Shown here in pieces: positions 15,883 through 23,571 of a stretch of DNA of 64,000 bases (its first letter is position 1; the number at the start of each line of letters is the position of its first letter). Both the position numbers and the translations under genes were made by a program. This DNA comes from a virus. Under the pieces are notes generated by a model that made no database searches, had not been told where the DNA came from, and worked only from the letters and a program-made list of their open reading frames with translations. The stretch is taken from positions 1 through 64,000 of IMG/VR virus record IMGVR_UViG_3300033186_000013. One strand, written 5' to 3'.

Positions 15883-16886
15883 GCAAAAAAGAAAAACGTA
15901 TGGGCAAAAACGATGAGGCTATAACAGTTGGTATGCACCTCATTGAACAAAAGATTGGTAAGAAGCCAAGAAAGCCACAGACATACGAAATGAGAAAACG
16001 TCTTGGCACTCCCGAAGATTTGGAGTTCTGCAAAAATTATGATGACCGTCTCGCTGAATGGGAAAAGAAGTATGAGAAATTACGACAAGAGCAAATCGAA
16101 GAAGCCAAAAAGTACAAGGCGATGGAGAAGAAACTTGTCGTTAAAGAAGTGCCACCAATAATTCCGAATGCCAAAAAGATATTTCAGGATTTTTCTATGT
16201 TCTACAAGGCTCAAAACAAAGTAGAGTTCAATCCAAAAAATCCTTATTCAAAAACAGATGAGCCGTTACAGTACATATACACTTTGATATTCTACTTTTT
16301 GAAAGACGAAAGGTTTTTTAAAAGTCCATTGCTCCGAACAGACTTATCCAATCCGAGTTTTGATAAAGGCACTTTATCAATAGGCGGGTACGGATGCGGA
16401 AAAACATCTACTTGGAACGCATTGTTGGCATCATTCAACAATCATCTTGATTACATAAAAAGGCTACTGGATAAACCAAGTAATGCAAAGGAACTTTTTG
16501 AAATGTTCCAGTTAAATAAATGCGTATCGTCTGATATAGTACACAAGTACACTACTTGTAAGGACAAGACGCTATTAGATGAATTGTTACGCCCACTAAT
16601 GAGTTTCATTCCCTTATACATTGATGATATTCTCCGTGAGCAGGACGCAAATAACTTTGGAAAACTAAATGTATTCCTTACAGTTCTAACTCACAGAGCA
16701 GACAGGGGACATAAGAGCCACTTAACAATGAACTACAAAGAGATTGTCGTAGATGGTAATATTGAAAACGCAAGCGTTGAAGAATCGCTATTGCAATTTA
16801 GAGAGCGTTACGATGGTCGTGTTCACGACAGGCTATTCGGTATGTACAACATCATAGAATTATCAGGAAAAAGTTTTAGACGATGA
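15879..16886 (+). CDS. DnaC/IstB-like AAA+ helicase loader
   Basis: Walker A GGYGCGKTS, Walker B PLYIDDI, and THRADRGHKSHLTMN, which resembles the sensor/arginine region of DnaC-type loaders. Confidence 0.65.
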   Translation: MSKKEKRMGKNDEAITVGMHLIEQKIGKKPRKPQTYEMRKRLGTPEDLEFCKNYDDRLAEWEKKYEKLRQEQIEEAKKYKAMEKKLVVKEVPPIIPNAKKIFQDFSMFYKAQNKVEFNPKNPYSKTDEPLQYIYTLIFYFLKDERFFKSPLLRTDLSNPSFDKGTLSIGGYGCGKTSTWNALLASFNNHLDYIKRLLDKPSNAKELFEMFQLNKCVSSDIVHKYTTCKDKTLLDELLRPLMSFIPLYIDDILREQDANNFGKLNVFLTVLTHRADRGHKSHLTMNYKEIVVDGNIENASVEESLLQFRERYDGRVHDRLFGMYNIIELSGKSFRR

Positions 16887-17071
16887 GTGGATTACAAAGA
16901 ATTTGCAAGCATTACGGCGGAATGAAAGTTGTTGATAAAGACGGCAACGAAGTACATTGGGTATGGGATTATCATTTAGATAAAGCCCGTATAAAAGACG
17001 AAATGACACAGGAAGAAATTGCTTTATCAGAGAAGGCAAGATGGACACAGTTAATGACTGACAGTAAATAA
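16883..17071 (+). CDS. hypothetical protein
   Basis: 62-aa ATGA-coupled ORF. Confidence 0.5.
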   Translation: MSGLQRICKHYGGMKVVDKDGNEVHWVWDYHLDKARIKDEMTQEEIALSEKARWTQLMTDSK

Positions 17072-17110
17072 TATAATATATATTTGTATATGTTAGATAT
17101 ATTATATTAT
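17068..17110. repeat. AT-only 14-bp perfect inverted repeat
   Basis: ATAATATAATATAT (17068-17081) and ATATATTATATTAT (17097-17110) are exact reverse complements separated by 15 nt. Confidence 0.7.
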
Positions 17111-17115
17111 CTTTG
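17079..17115 (+). promoter_or_regulatory. two consensus Bacteroidota-type -7 boxes
   Basis: TATATTTG (17079-17086) and TATCTTTG (17108-17115) both match TAnnTTTG exactly. The second lies 16 nt upstream of ATG 17132. Confidence 0.45.
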
Positions 17116-17131
17116 TGAAAAATAAAAACAA

Positions 17132-17923
17132 ATGGCAGTTGACGAAAAACGATACCGAAAGACCCGAACAAAAGGGAAGCCCATAGTCTTTTTTGAAAGA
17201 GAGCGATGGGTTCAAATGAAAGACTTATCAGATGGGACATACTACATATCTGATTTTGGAAGGGTTGCAAGACTTAATCCACAGGGAATTTTCCACGAGT
17301 TAAAAAAAACATACTTCTGTAAAGCGTATTATGTTTCCATTGAGATAGATGAGAATGACGGGGTTCATACACGTAAAAGAGTGAGTGGTCTTGTGCTTAA
17401 ATATTTTGTTGGTGGTGCTAACAAGATGAGAAGAATAGAACACCTTAACGGAGATAAAGAGGATTGCCGACTTTCAAACCTTAGATGGAGAAAAGGCTTT
17501 ATTGATAAAGTTGACCTTGATTATTTGAACAGGGTAAACACTTCAAAGATGAGTGAAGAAAGTACAATAGTTACGGAATTTTTAAAGACCGATGACTGCT
17601 CTAAAATATTTGAATTGTTATACTCGTATAATCCTTTGATTAGGTATATGGATTTCAGGATGAACACGAAGTACATAAAGAACAATGACATTGAAACATT
17701 CTACATCACGGTTATTGATAAAATAAAGGCAGGAGAATTTAAACCTAATGTTAAGCACAGGGAAATTATAACATTCAAAACTTTCCTTATGAACTCATTT
17801 AGAGAAGTTGCTTACAGGTATAAATCAATGAGAGAGTTTGCTGCTAAATCTCATTGGATAGTTGACAATTTTGCAGCACAAGATTTTTCAGAAGTAGAAG
17901 AACATTTAAAATATGCAGTATGA
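17132..17923 (+). CDS. NUMOD4/HNH-like N-terminal domain fused to a sigma-70 region 2-like domain
   Basis: The N-terminal half has YYISDFGRVARL (NUMOD4-like) and IEHLNGDKEDCRLSNLRW (first half of the HNH_3 motif). The distal Asn/His is not seen. The C-terminal half, FLKTDDCSKIFELLYSYNPLIRYM, NNDIETFYITVIDKIKAGEF, FKTFLMNSFREVAYRY, aligns by eye with ECF sigma regions 1.2-2. No region 4 is present. Confidence 0.5.
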   Translation: MAVDEKRYRKTRTKGKPIVFFERERWVQMKDLSDGTYYISDFGRVARLNPQGIFHELKKTYFCKAYYVSIEIDENDGVHTRKRVSGLVLKYFVGGANKMRRIEHLNGDKEDCRLSNLRWRKGFIDKVDLDYLNRVNTSKMSEESTIVTEFLKTDDCSKIFELLYSYNPLIRYMDFRMNTKYIKNNDIETFYITVIDKIKAGEFKPNVKHREIITFKTFLMNSFREVAYRYKSMREFAAKSHWIVDNFAAQDFSEVEEHLKYAV

Positions 17924-18219
17924 TTGGTAAAGCACTTAGGATAATTAGAAAAAAACGTGGTCTTACACAAGGGCAACTTGCAGACCAAAGCGGAATAACC
18001 CAAACGTATCTTTCGCAGATTGAGAAGAATAAAAAAGAACCAACTCTTTCTGTGTTAAGGGATATTTGCGAAGTAATAAATGTTCCAGTAGCAATACTGT
18101 TTTGGTTCACGCTTGATGAATCTAAAGTAGAAGAAGGTAAGCGCGAGGCATTTAATCTCGTAAAGCCATCAGTAGATGAAATGATATTGTCATTTTTTAA
18201 TACAGTACCGAATGTTTAA
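17920..18219 (+). CDS. XRE-family HTH transcriptional regulator
   Basis: LRIIRKKRGLTQGQLADQSGITQTYLSQIEKNKKEPTLSVLRDICEVINVPV is a textbook HTH_3 (Cro/C1) pattern. Confidence 0.85.
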   Translation: MIGKALRIIRKKRGLTQGQLADQSGITQTYLSQIEKNKKEPTLSVLRDICEVINVPVAILFWFTLDESKVEEGKREAFNLVKPSVDEMILSFFNTVPNV

Positions 18220-18727
18220 GAACAATGAGTTAGTGCCAATGACAAGACGCTATCCTAATCTAAGGAAAAAGGTGGCGTTACGCGACGATAAGATTGCTCG
18301 CAAACTTGTTCAGGCTTGGGACGAAGAACAAGACGCTGAAAAATTATTGACAATCTATTTGGAGAATCGACACGCATTATCTGATTACAGGTATTGGGAA
18401 CTTATGAGAACCGTTTGGATTATATGTGGGTCATTGGATGTGGTACAGATATTTAGAAACCTTATGAGTTCCAATAGGAAGCATAAGTATTATTTCAGCA
18501 CTCCCGAAGAAGCAAAAAAACTTCGAGAAATGCCTGATATAATTGAGGCTTATAGAGCGTGCGACACACTACACGACGAAGGAATATCTTGGACTACATC
18601 AAAAGAGTATGCAGAATGGTACAAGAATCAATACAACAAGAAACTGATTATGACCGTGAAGCATTTAAAGGCAGATGTATTTGCTTACATAGACAGGAAT
18701 AACGAAAACGAATTAATCATTTTATGA
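18212..18727 (+). CDS. hypothetical protein
   Basis: 171-aa ORF. The weak R / S-W-T / E-x-E pattern is discussed under rejected observations. Confidence 0.55.
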   Translation: MFKNNELVPMTRRYPNLRKKVALRDDKIARKLVQAWDEEQDAEKLLTIYLENRHALSDYRYWELMRTVWIICGSLDVVQIFRNLMSSNRKHKYYFSTPEEAKKLREMPDIIEAYRACDTLHDEGISWTTSKEYAEWYKNQYNKKLIMTVKHLKADVFAYIDRNNENELIIL

Positions 18728-19572
18728 AAACGAAGGCAATATTATTTAGTACCGATATGGTGAAAGCCATAATGGACGGGACAAAGACACAAACAAGACG
18801 GGTTTTAAAACCAACCCGTACAGAAATGACCGCTCTATTAATCAATATGTATGCGGGAGTAAATGTAGAAAAGGCGAAAGAGGAACTTATACGAACCCAC
18901 ACCGTTTCTGTTGGCGATGTGTTTTGGGTTAGGGAGACTTGGGCGGAACACACGTTTAAAAGTTTTCCATCAGAGGTCTATTATAAAGCGAAGCATCCTC
19001 AATATCAAGGCGGTTGGAAGCCCTCTATATTTATGCCAAAAAGATTGTGTAGAAACTTCCTGAAAATTAAAAGCATTTCCATTGAACAGGTCAATGAAAT
19101 ATCAGATGAAGATTCTTTAAAAGAAGGGATACAGAGAATAGTTGCGGATACAGATTCTACAAGACTATTGGGTTTTAGAGATTACTCTGTAAATCCTAAA
19201 CACGGATTCAACACTTTATTCAGCGCAAAGGATTCTTTTGAAAGCCTATGGGTTTATATAAACGGTCAAGAATCTTGGGATGACAACCCCTTTGTTTGGG
19301 TCTATGAGTTCGAGAAGATTGATAAACCGCCGATGTTTGATATGGATAAAGACGAGTTCAAATTCCTGCAAGCCAGTAGAAAGTGCTTAGACTTTTTCGG
19401 AATAGAGCGAAATGGTGAAATTATAAAACTCACAGATGGCGGAAACTCTGTCATAATGAAATCAAATGGAAGGGACTTCTCAAAGAAAATGATTGGTCAT
19501 TCTCTAAATGGCATCGCAGAGTATGTGGCGAGAAGTGAAGGAAAGAAAACTGTACGGGAAGAATATAGATAA
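18724..19572 (+). CDS. ASCH/PUA-like domain protein
   Basis: The N-terminus has AILFSTDMVKAIMDGTKTQTRRVLKP, then GDVFWVRETW, then WKPSIFMPKRLCRNFLKIKSISIEQV. This is the pattern recalled for phage ASCH-type proteins. Confidence 0.5.
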   Translation: MKTKAILFSTDMVKAIMDGTKTQTRRVLKPTRTEMTALLINMYAGVNVEKAKEELIRTHTVSVGDVFWVRETWAEHTFKSFPSEVYYKAKHPQYQGGWKPSIFMPKRLCRNFLKIKSISIEQVNEISDEDSLKEGIQRIVADTDSTRLLGFRDYSVNPKHGFNTLFSAKDSFESLWVYINGQESWDDNPFVWVYEFEKIDKPPMFDMDKDEFKFLQASRKCLDFFGIERNGEIIKLTDGGNSVIMKSNGRDFSKKMIGHSLNGIAEYVARSEGKKTVREEYR

Positions 19573-19575
19573 GAT

Positions 19576-19995
19576 ATGGCAATAGATTTTAAAAAAACGT
19601 ACACGGATGTTACCTCTAAAAGAAATGAGGAAACGTTGGCTCGCAACAAAGAGGCTAATTATTTTGCAGAAAAAATTGACTTCGCTATGAAGAAAAATGC
19701 ACTATCATTATTTGAAGAATATTTTGGTAGTGATATGATTTCTTCTTTAGAAAAGGAAGGTATTGAAATGGGAACTATTGAAGGTGGAATCAACATAAAT
19801 GCAGACATACCTTTTATGGCGGGCATATACTCATCACGGATAAGTTATGAAGATAAAAAGATATATCTGATTTTTGGGTATTATTCATATTGTTATTTCT
19901 GTCGTAGAATTTCTCAAACAGACTACAAAATTACACAAGTGAAATGCACCCAAGAAGATTTTTCGTTTAACATATATGATATGCTTCTTAAATAA
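19576..19995 (+). CDS. hypothetical protein
   Basis: 139-aa ORF. No motif recognised. Confidence 0.55.
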   Translation: MAIDFKKTYTDVTSKRNEETLARNKEANYFAEKIDFAMKKNALSLFEEYFGSDMISSLEKEGIEMGTIEGGININADIPFMAGIYSSRISYEDKKIYLIFGYYSYCYFCRRISQTDYKITQVKCTQEDFSFNIYDMLLK

Positions 19996-20273
19996 TGGCA
20001 GAGATAGTTGAAAATAAAAAAGGATTTAAGGTTATAAAGATTGAAACCAAAAGAATGTTCGATGTTTTCAGAGGAACATTAGGTGTCTGCGACAACTGTA
20101 ATCAAGTAGCCACCATAGGTGATGAAATGGCAGGATACTATGTATGTGTTCTAAATAGTTTCCTCTGTGAAAAAGACTATTTAGAATGGAACGAACGGGC
20201 TACATATTATCCCGAAGATTCCAAATATGAAATAGAAAAATTCAATATGGTTAAAGATAAATTAGGATTATAA
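19995..20273 (+). CDS. hypothetical Cys-containing protein
   Basis: 92 aa with CDNC and a later C-x-x-x-x-x-x-x-C. No family recognised. Confidence 0.55.
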   Translation: MAEIVENKKGFKVIKIETKRMFDVFRGTLGVCDNCNQVATIGDEMAGYYVCVLNSFLCEKDYLEWNERATYYPEDSKYEIEKFNMVKDKLGL

Positions 20274-20283
20274 AAACAGTACG

Positions 20284-21114
20284 ATGGCAACAGATAGTAA
20301 AATACAATGGACTGACCACACCGTTAATTTTTGGACAGGGTGCATAAAAGTTTCGGAAGGATGCAAATATTGTTATATGTACCGAGACAAAGACCGATAC
20401 GGAAAAGACCCGAAGGAAGTGGTGAAGGTTAAAGATTCCACAATCAACAAAGTTCTTCGGGATGCAAAATCAGGAGATAAAATATTTACCTGCTCTTGGT
20501 CTGATTTCTTTATTGAGGAAGCCGACCAATGGCGCGAATGGGCTTGGGATATTATTCGTTCCCGACCCGACCTAAACTGGCAGATACTTACCAAGCGTCC
20601 TGAACGGATACAAGATTGCCTTCCCGAAGATTGGGGCGATGGTTGGGACAATGTATGGCTTGGTGTATCAGTAGAGAATCAGAAAAATGCAGATGCACGT
20701 ATGCCTATATTGGCTTCTATTCCTTGTAAGGTTAGATTCATTTCAGCAGAACCATTATTGGACTTGGTTCAACTTATGAATCCAGTAGTGGATAGTTTCA
20801 TTATGGGCGACACAAGACATAGAAACATTATATCTGTTCCACCCGAACCCGCTTTGTTCTATTACCATTGGGTTATCGTTGGCGGGGAAAGTGGTAATGA
20901 TAACGGAAAGTATAGATACCGACCAAGTAAACTGTCTTGGTATTTGCAAATCATTAATGATTGCCGAAAGCAAAACGTTCCTGTATTCTTAAAACAATTA
21001 GGAACTCATTTAGCAAAGACCAATAAATTAAACGATAGGCACGGCGGTAACATAGATGAATTCCCCGCCCCAATAAGAATTAGACAATTTCCAAATACAC
21101 AGAATTATGAGTAA
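20284..21114 (+). CDS. phage Gp37/Gp68 family (DUF5131) protein with N-terminal Cys cluster
   Basis: Contains IQWTDHTVNFWTGCIKVSEGCKYCY (C-x6-C-x2-C), WQILTKRPERI, VWLGVSVENQ, FISAEPLL, WVIVGGESG and VFLKQLG. These are the conserved blocks of that family as I recall them. Confidence 0.75.
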   Translation: MATDSKIQWTDHTVNFWTGCIKVSEGCKYCYMYRDKDRYGKDPKEVVKVKDSTINKVLRDAKSGDKIFTCSWSDFFIEEADQWREWAWDIIRSRPDLNWQILTKRPERIQDCLPEDWGDGWDNVWLGVSVENQKNADARMPILASIPCKVRFISAEPLLDLVQLMNPVVDSFIMGDTRHRNIISVPPEPALFYYHWVIVGGESGNDNGKYRYRPSKLSWYLQIINDCRKQNVPVFLKQLGTHLAKTNKLNDRHGGNIDEFPAPIRIRQFPNTQNYE

Positions 21115-21505
21115 AGCAAGCATCGAAACTTACATCAAGCAACTGCAAACTGGCGCAGTTCAGAACAACGAGGAAAAGATTTATAGAGCGATAAATGAGA
21201 ACGCAGGCATAACGATAAATACTTTGCGTCAAACTATGGCTCATCAAACCGTAACGGCTACCGTTAGTAGTTTACAGGACTTAGGTGTTGTATATGTGAA
21301 CGGCATTGAGCGCACAGAGGAATCTTCGTTTTCAAAATTGTATATTGAGAGCGACCCTGAAAAAATCAGGAAGAATCGTAAAGACCGTAAATCTGAAAAG
21401 TTCAGAAGATGGTTAAAGAGAGGTGAGGAATACCACGAGTTTTTAGACCCGTTCGTATCTACATCATTAAGTATTAAGTTGGACGAAATAAAAGCCTATG
21501 GATAA
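21107..21505 (+). CDS. putative winged-helix DNA-binding protein
   Basis: IYRAINENAGITINTLRQTMAHQTVTATVSSLQDLGVVYVNG has a wHTH pattern. The C-terminus is basic. Confidence 0.4.
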   Translation: MSKASIETYIKQLQTGAVQNNEEKIYRAINENAGITINTLRQTMAHQTVTATVSSLQDLGVVYVNGIERTEESSFSKLYIESDPEKIRKNRKDRKSEKFRRWLKRGEEYHEFLDPFVSTSLSIKLDEIKAYG

Positions 21506-21647
21506 CAAGTTAAAAGAACTAAAGAAAAAATACGAAGGACTACTTAAAGAAGTAGAGAGCCACAACACAGATGCAGCGAGGTCAGTTGCAAATGCGTACA
21601 GAAAAATAGTGAAAGATTTAGAAGAACTAATCGTTGAAGTAGTTTGA
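21498..21647 (+). CDS. small coiled-coil ORF (49 aa, not in ORF track)
   Basis: Translation starts MDNKLKELKKKYEGLLKEVESHNTDAARSVANAYRKIVKDLEELIVEVV. It overlaps the upstream stop region and converges 21 nt into the minus-strand gene. Confidence 0.3.
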   Translation: MDNKLKELKKKYEGLLKEVESHNTDAARSVANAYRKIVKDLEELIVEVV

Positions 21648-22109
21648 TAAAACACCTTTTACTTTACTATCTAAATCCACATCAGTCTGCCTATTCTTTA
21701 GAATGTATTTTGAATTGTCGTCTAAGCAAGAATAAAGATACTCTATAACCTTCAATCCTTTTTGGGATAGGCAGTAAAGACGCTTACCATTATTGGAGTA
21801 GTTTGGTTTTATAAGACCGTGATTCTTATACTCTCCAATCCTGTGAAGTTTTCCAAGTACCCTTATTTCGAGGTTGAACAATTCCAACTCGTGTAAATAC
21901 AAAAGCATAATCACCCAATCAGGCTTTATATCATACTTCTCTGCGGTGTCGTAAATTCCAAATATTAAATAGGAACTTTTGCGGGACTTTCCTATGATGA
22001 CAATATCCTTTTTTTCAAACAACTTCTCTTTTGTTAGACCATTTTTTGAAACGTCATCTATAATCACTTCTTCGTCCGATTGTTTGTTTATCTTTTTTGT
22101 ACGCGCCAT
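21627..22109 (-). CDS. MarR-like winged-helix regulator (one of only two minus-strand genes)
   Basis: KLHRIGEYKNHGLIKPNYSNNGKRLYCLSQKGLKVIEYL fits the wHTH wing pattern (G-L-I then R-x-x-x-x-L-S/T-x-K-G). The gene is divergent from the virion module. Confidence 0.5.
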   Translation of the reverse strand: MARTKKINKQSDEEVIIDDVSKNGLTKEKLFEKKDIVIIGKSRKSSYLIFGIYDTAEKYDIKPDWVIMLLYLHELELFNLEIRVLGKLHRIGEYKNHGLIKPNYSNNGKRLYCLSQKGLKVIEYLYSCLDDNSKYILKNRQTDVDLDSKVKGVLSNYFND

Positions 22110-22134
22110 AATTCCAATATAGCAATATTATCCG

Positions 22135-22142
22135 TAACTTTG
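22135..22142 (+). promoter_or_regulatory. consensus -7 box (TAACTTTG)
   Basis: Exact match to TAnnTTTG in the divergent intergenic region, ~36 nt upstream of the terminator hairpin. Confidence 0.3.
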
Positions 22143-22177
22143 AAGCGTTTTTATTTTTAACTGCTATGTAGTTAATA

Positions 22178-22211
22178 ACCGTCTATACTCGCTGTTATAG
22201 GCGGTTTTTTT
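22178..22211 (+). terminator. rho-independent terminator
   Basis: 10-bp stem ACCGTCTATA(22178-22187)/TATAGGCGGT(22196-22205) with one G-U pair and an 8-nt loop, followed by a run of T ending at 22211. Confidence 0.7.
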
Positions 22212-22293
22212 ATACGCGTGTACTTAGATTACTGCTACCTGCCTTCTAATTATTTTCTTCTTTTTAATATTGTCATATCAAAATTTAAGAATA

Positions 22294-23541
22294 ATGGATG
22301 ACGCTAACACAAGTTTTACAGAAAAGATTTTCAGGGCAAACCCACCGACGGGTGGCGACACGCCTGAAAGTCCCACACCCGATGTTCAAACGCAAGAGCC
22401 TACACAGGTAACGGAAGAACCAACCACAGAGCCAACAGAGCAAAAGGAAACTGCTGCTCAAACAACAGAGCCAAGTGGTAGTGATGCCGAGCCAACAGCA
22501 GAGCCGAGCGAACAAACATCACCTACCGAAAAAAAGGATGTTAAACCAAGTTCCGAAAAGAAACTAAAAGTCTCTTTCGGAAACGAGCCAAAGAAAGAAG
22601 AACCTGAAACTCCAACAGAACCATCAAGGGAAACCGCGTCTGTTGATGAGAACTCGGTTTTGAATTATTTGAAAAACGAATTTGGTTTTGAGATAAAATC
22701 TCTGTCCGATTTAACGGTAAACAAACAGTTGCCCGAAGCCGTTGAGAAATTTAAAAAGTTCAACGAGGAAACGGGTCGCGGTATTAAGGACTTCTACAAT
22801 CTCCAACGTGATTGGAATGCAGAGGACAAAGATGTTGTAATCAAAGAATACTTTAGATTCAAGCATCCTAACTTAATGGACGACGACTTGAACTCGCAAG
22901 TTGACCTTTTAAGGGTAACGGAAGATGACGAAGATAATCTTAGTGAGCGCGAGTTGAAGCAACGAAAGTTGGAATTCAACAAGGTTTATTCTGACGCATT
23001 ATCGTTCTTGACGCAGAAATCTAATGAGTACAACACTCCGTTGGATTCCAAGCCTGCGCAAGCAACAAAGCCAAGTAAGGAAGATATAGCGAAAGCACAC
23101 CGTCCTTATTGGGATGCAAGGGATAACTCTCTAAAGCAACTTAATGAGATTAGTTTCAACATCGAAGATGTCGGCAAAATTAAATTGCCTATCTCTGATG
23201 AGGACAAGACGTTCATCACAGAGCATACGCAAACTCTTGACGCTTTTATGAAACGTTTTTTGAATAAAGACGGCAAGACGATTAACACCGACAAACTTGT
23301 AGAAGATACTTTATGGTCGAACCCGACAACACGTCAGCGTATGATTACGAGTATCATCGAACAAGCGCAAGTGCTTTTCTTGGATTCATTCTCAAAGGAG
23401 AACAGAAATGTTAACCTTAACGACCCAAGTATAGCAAACGAAACAGAATCCGCAGCACGACTTGTTATTGATGGGGATAGTTCAAAGAAGAACGACAATC
23501 AGTTTGGAAAACCTATTTTCCCATTAACAGGAACAAAGTAG
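22294..23541 (+). CDS. putative scaffolding protein
   Basis: Track start 22270 is a TTG. The ATG at 22294 gives MDDANTSF. It has a long acidic P/T/E-rich low-complexity N-terminus and charged helical remainder, and lies immediately upstream of the capsid candidate. Confidence 0.45.
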   Translation: MDDANTSFTEKIFRANPPTGGDTPESPTPDVQTQEPTQVTEEPTTEPTEQKETAAQTTEPSGSDAEPTAEPSEQTSPTEKKDVKPSSEKKLKVSFGNEPKKEEPETPTEPSRETASVDENSVLNYLKNEFGFEIKSLSDLTVNKQLPEAVEKFKKFNEETGRGIKDFYNLQRDWNAEDKDVVIKEYFRFKHPNLMDDDLNSQVDLLRVTEDDEDNLSERELKQRKLEFNKVYSDALSFLTQKSNEYNTPLDSKPAQATKPSKEDIAKAHRPYWDARDNSLKQLNEISFNIEDVGKIKLPISDEDKTFITEHTQTLDAFMKRFLNKDGKTINTDKLVEDTLWSNPTTRQRMITSIIEQAQVLFLDSFSKENRNVNLNDPSIANETESAARLVIDGDSSKKNDNQFGKPIFPLTGTK

Positions 23542-23553
23542 AGGCTGCTTAAC

Positions 23554-23569
23554 TTTTAAATTATTTTTG
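23554..23569 (+). promoter_or_regulatory. conserved 16-mer TTTTAAATTATTTTTG (contains TAnnTTTG)
   Basis: Identical to 60233-60248. The -7-type box TATTTTTG (23562-23569) ends only 2 nt before ATG 23572. Confidence 0.4.
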
Positions 23570-23571
23570 TT

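Noticed and set aside
18212-18727. Possible ADP-ribosyltransferase R-S-E triad (AYR, ISWTTS, NENELII) in the 171-aa ORF.
   Set aside because: The Arg to S-x-T spacing is only ~11 aa, and the E-x-E lies 5 residues from the C-terminus. Both are far from the ~40-aa spacings of canonical R-S-E ARTs. Without a profile search the resemblance is too weak to call.
21627-22109. The minus-strand wHTH gene as evidence that the phage is temperate.
   Set aside because: No integrase, excisionase, attP-like site or CI-type peptidase domain is present in the window. A single reverse-oriented regulator is insufficient.
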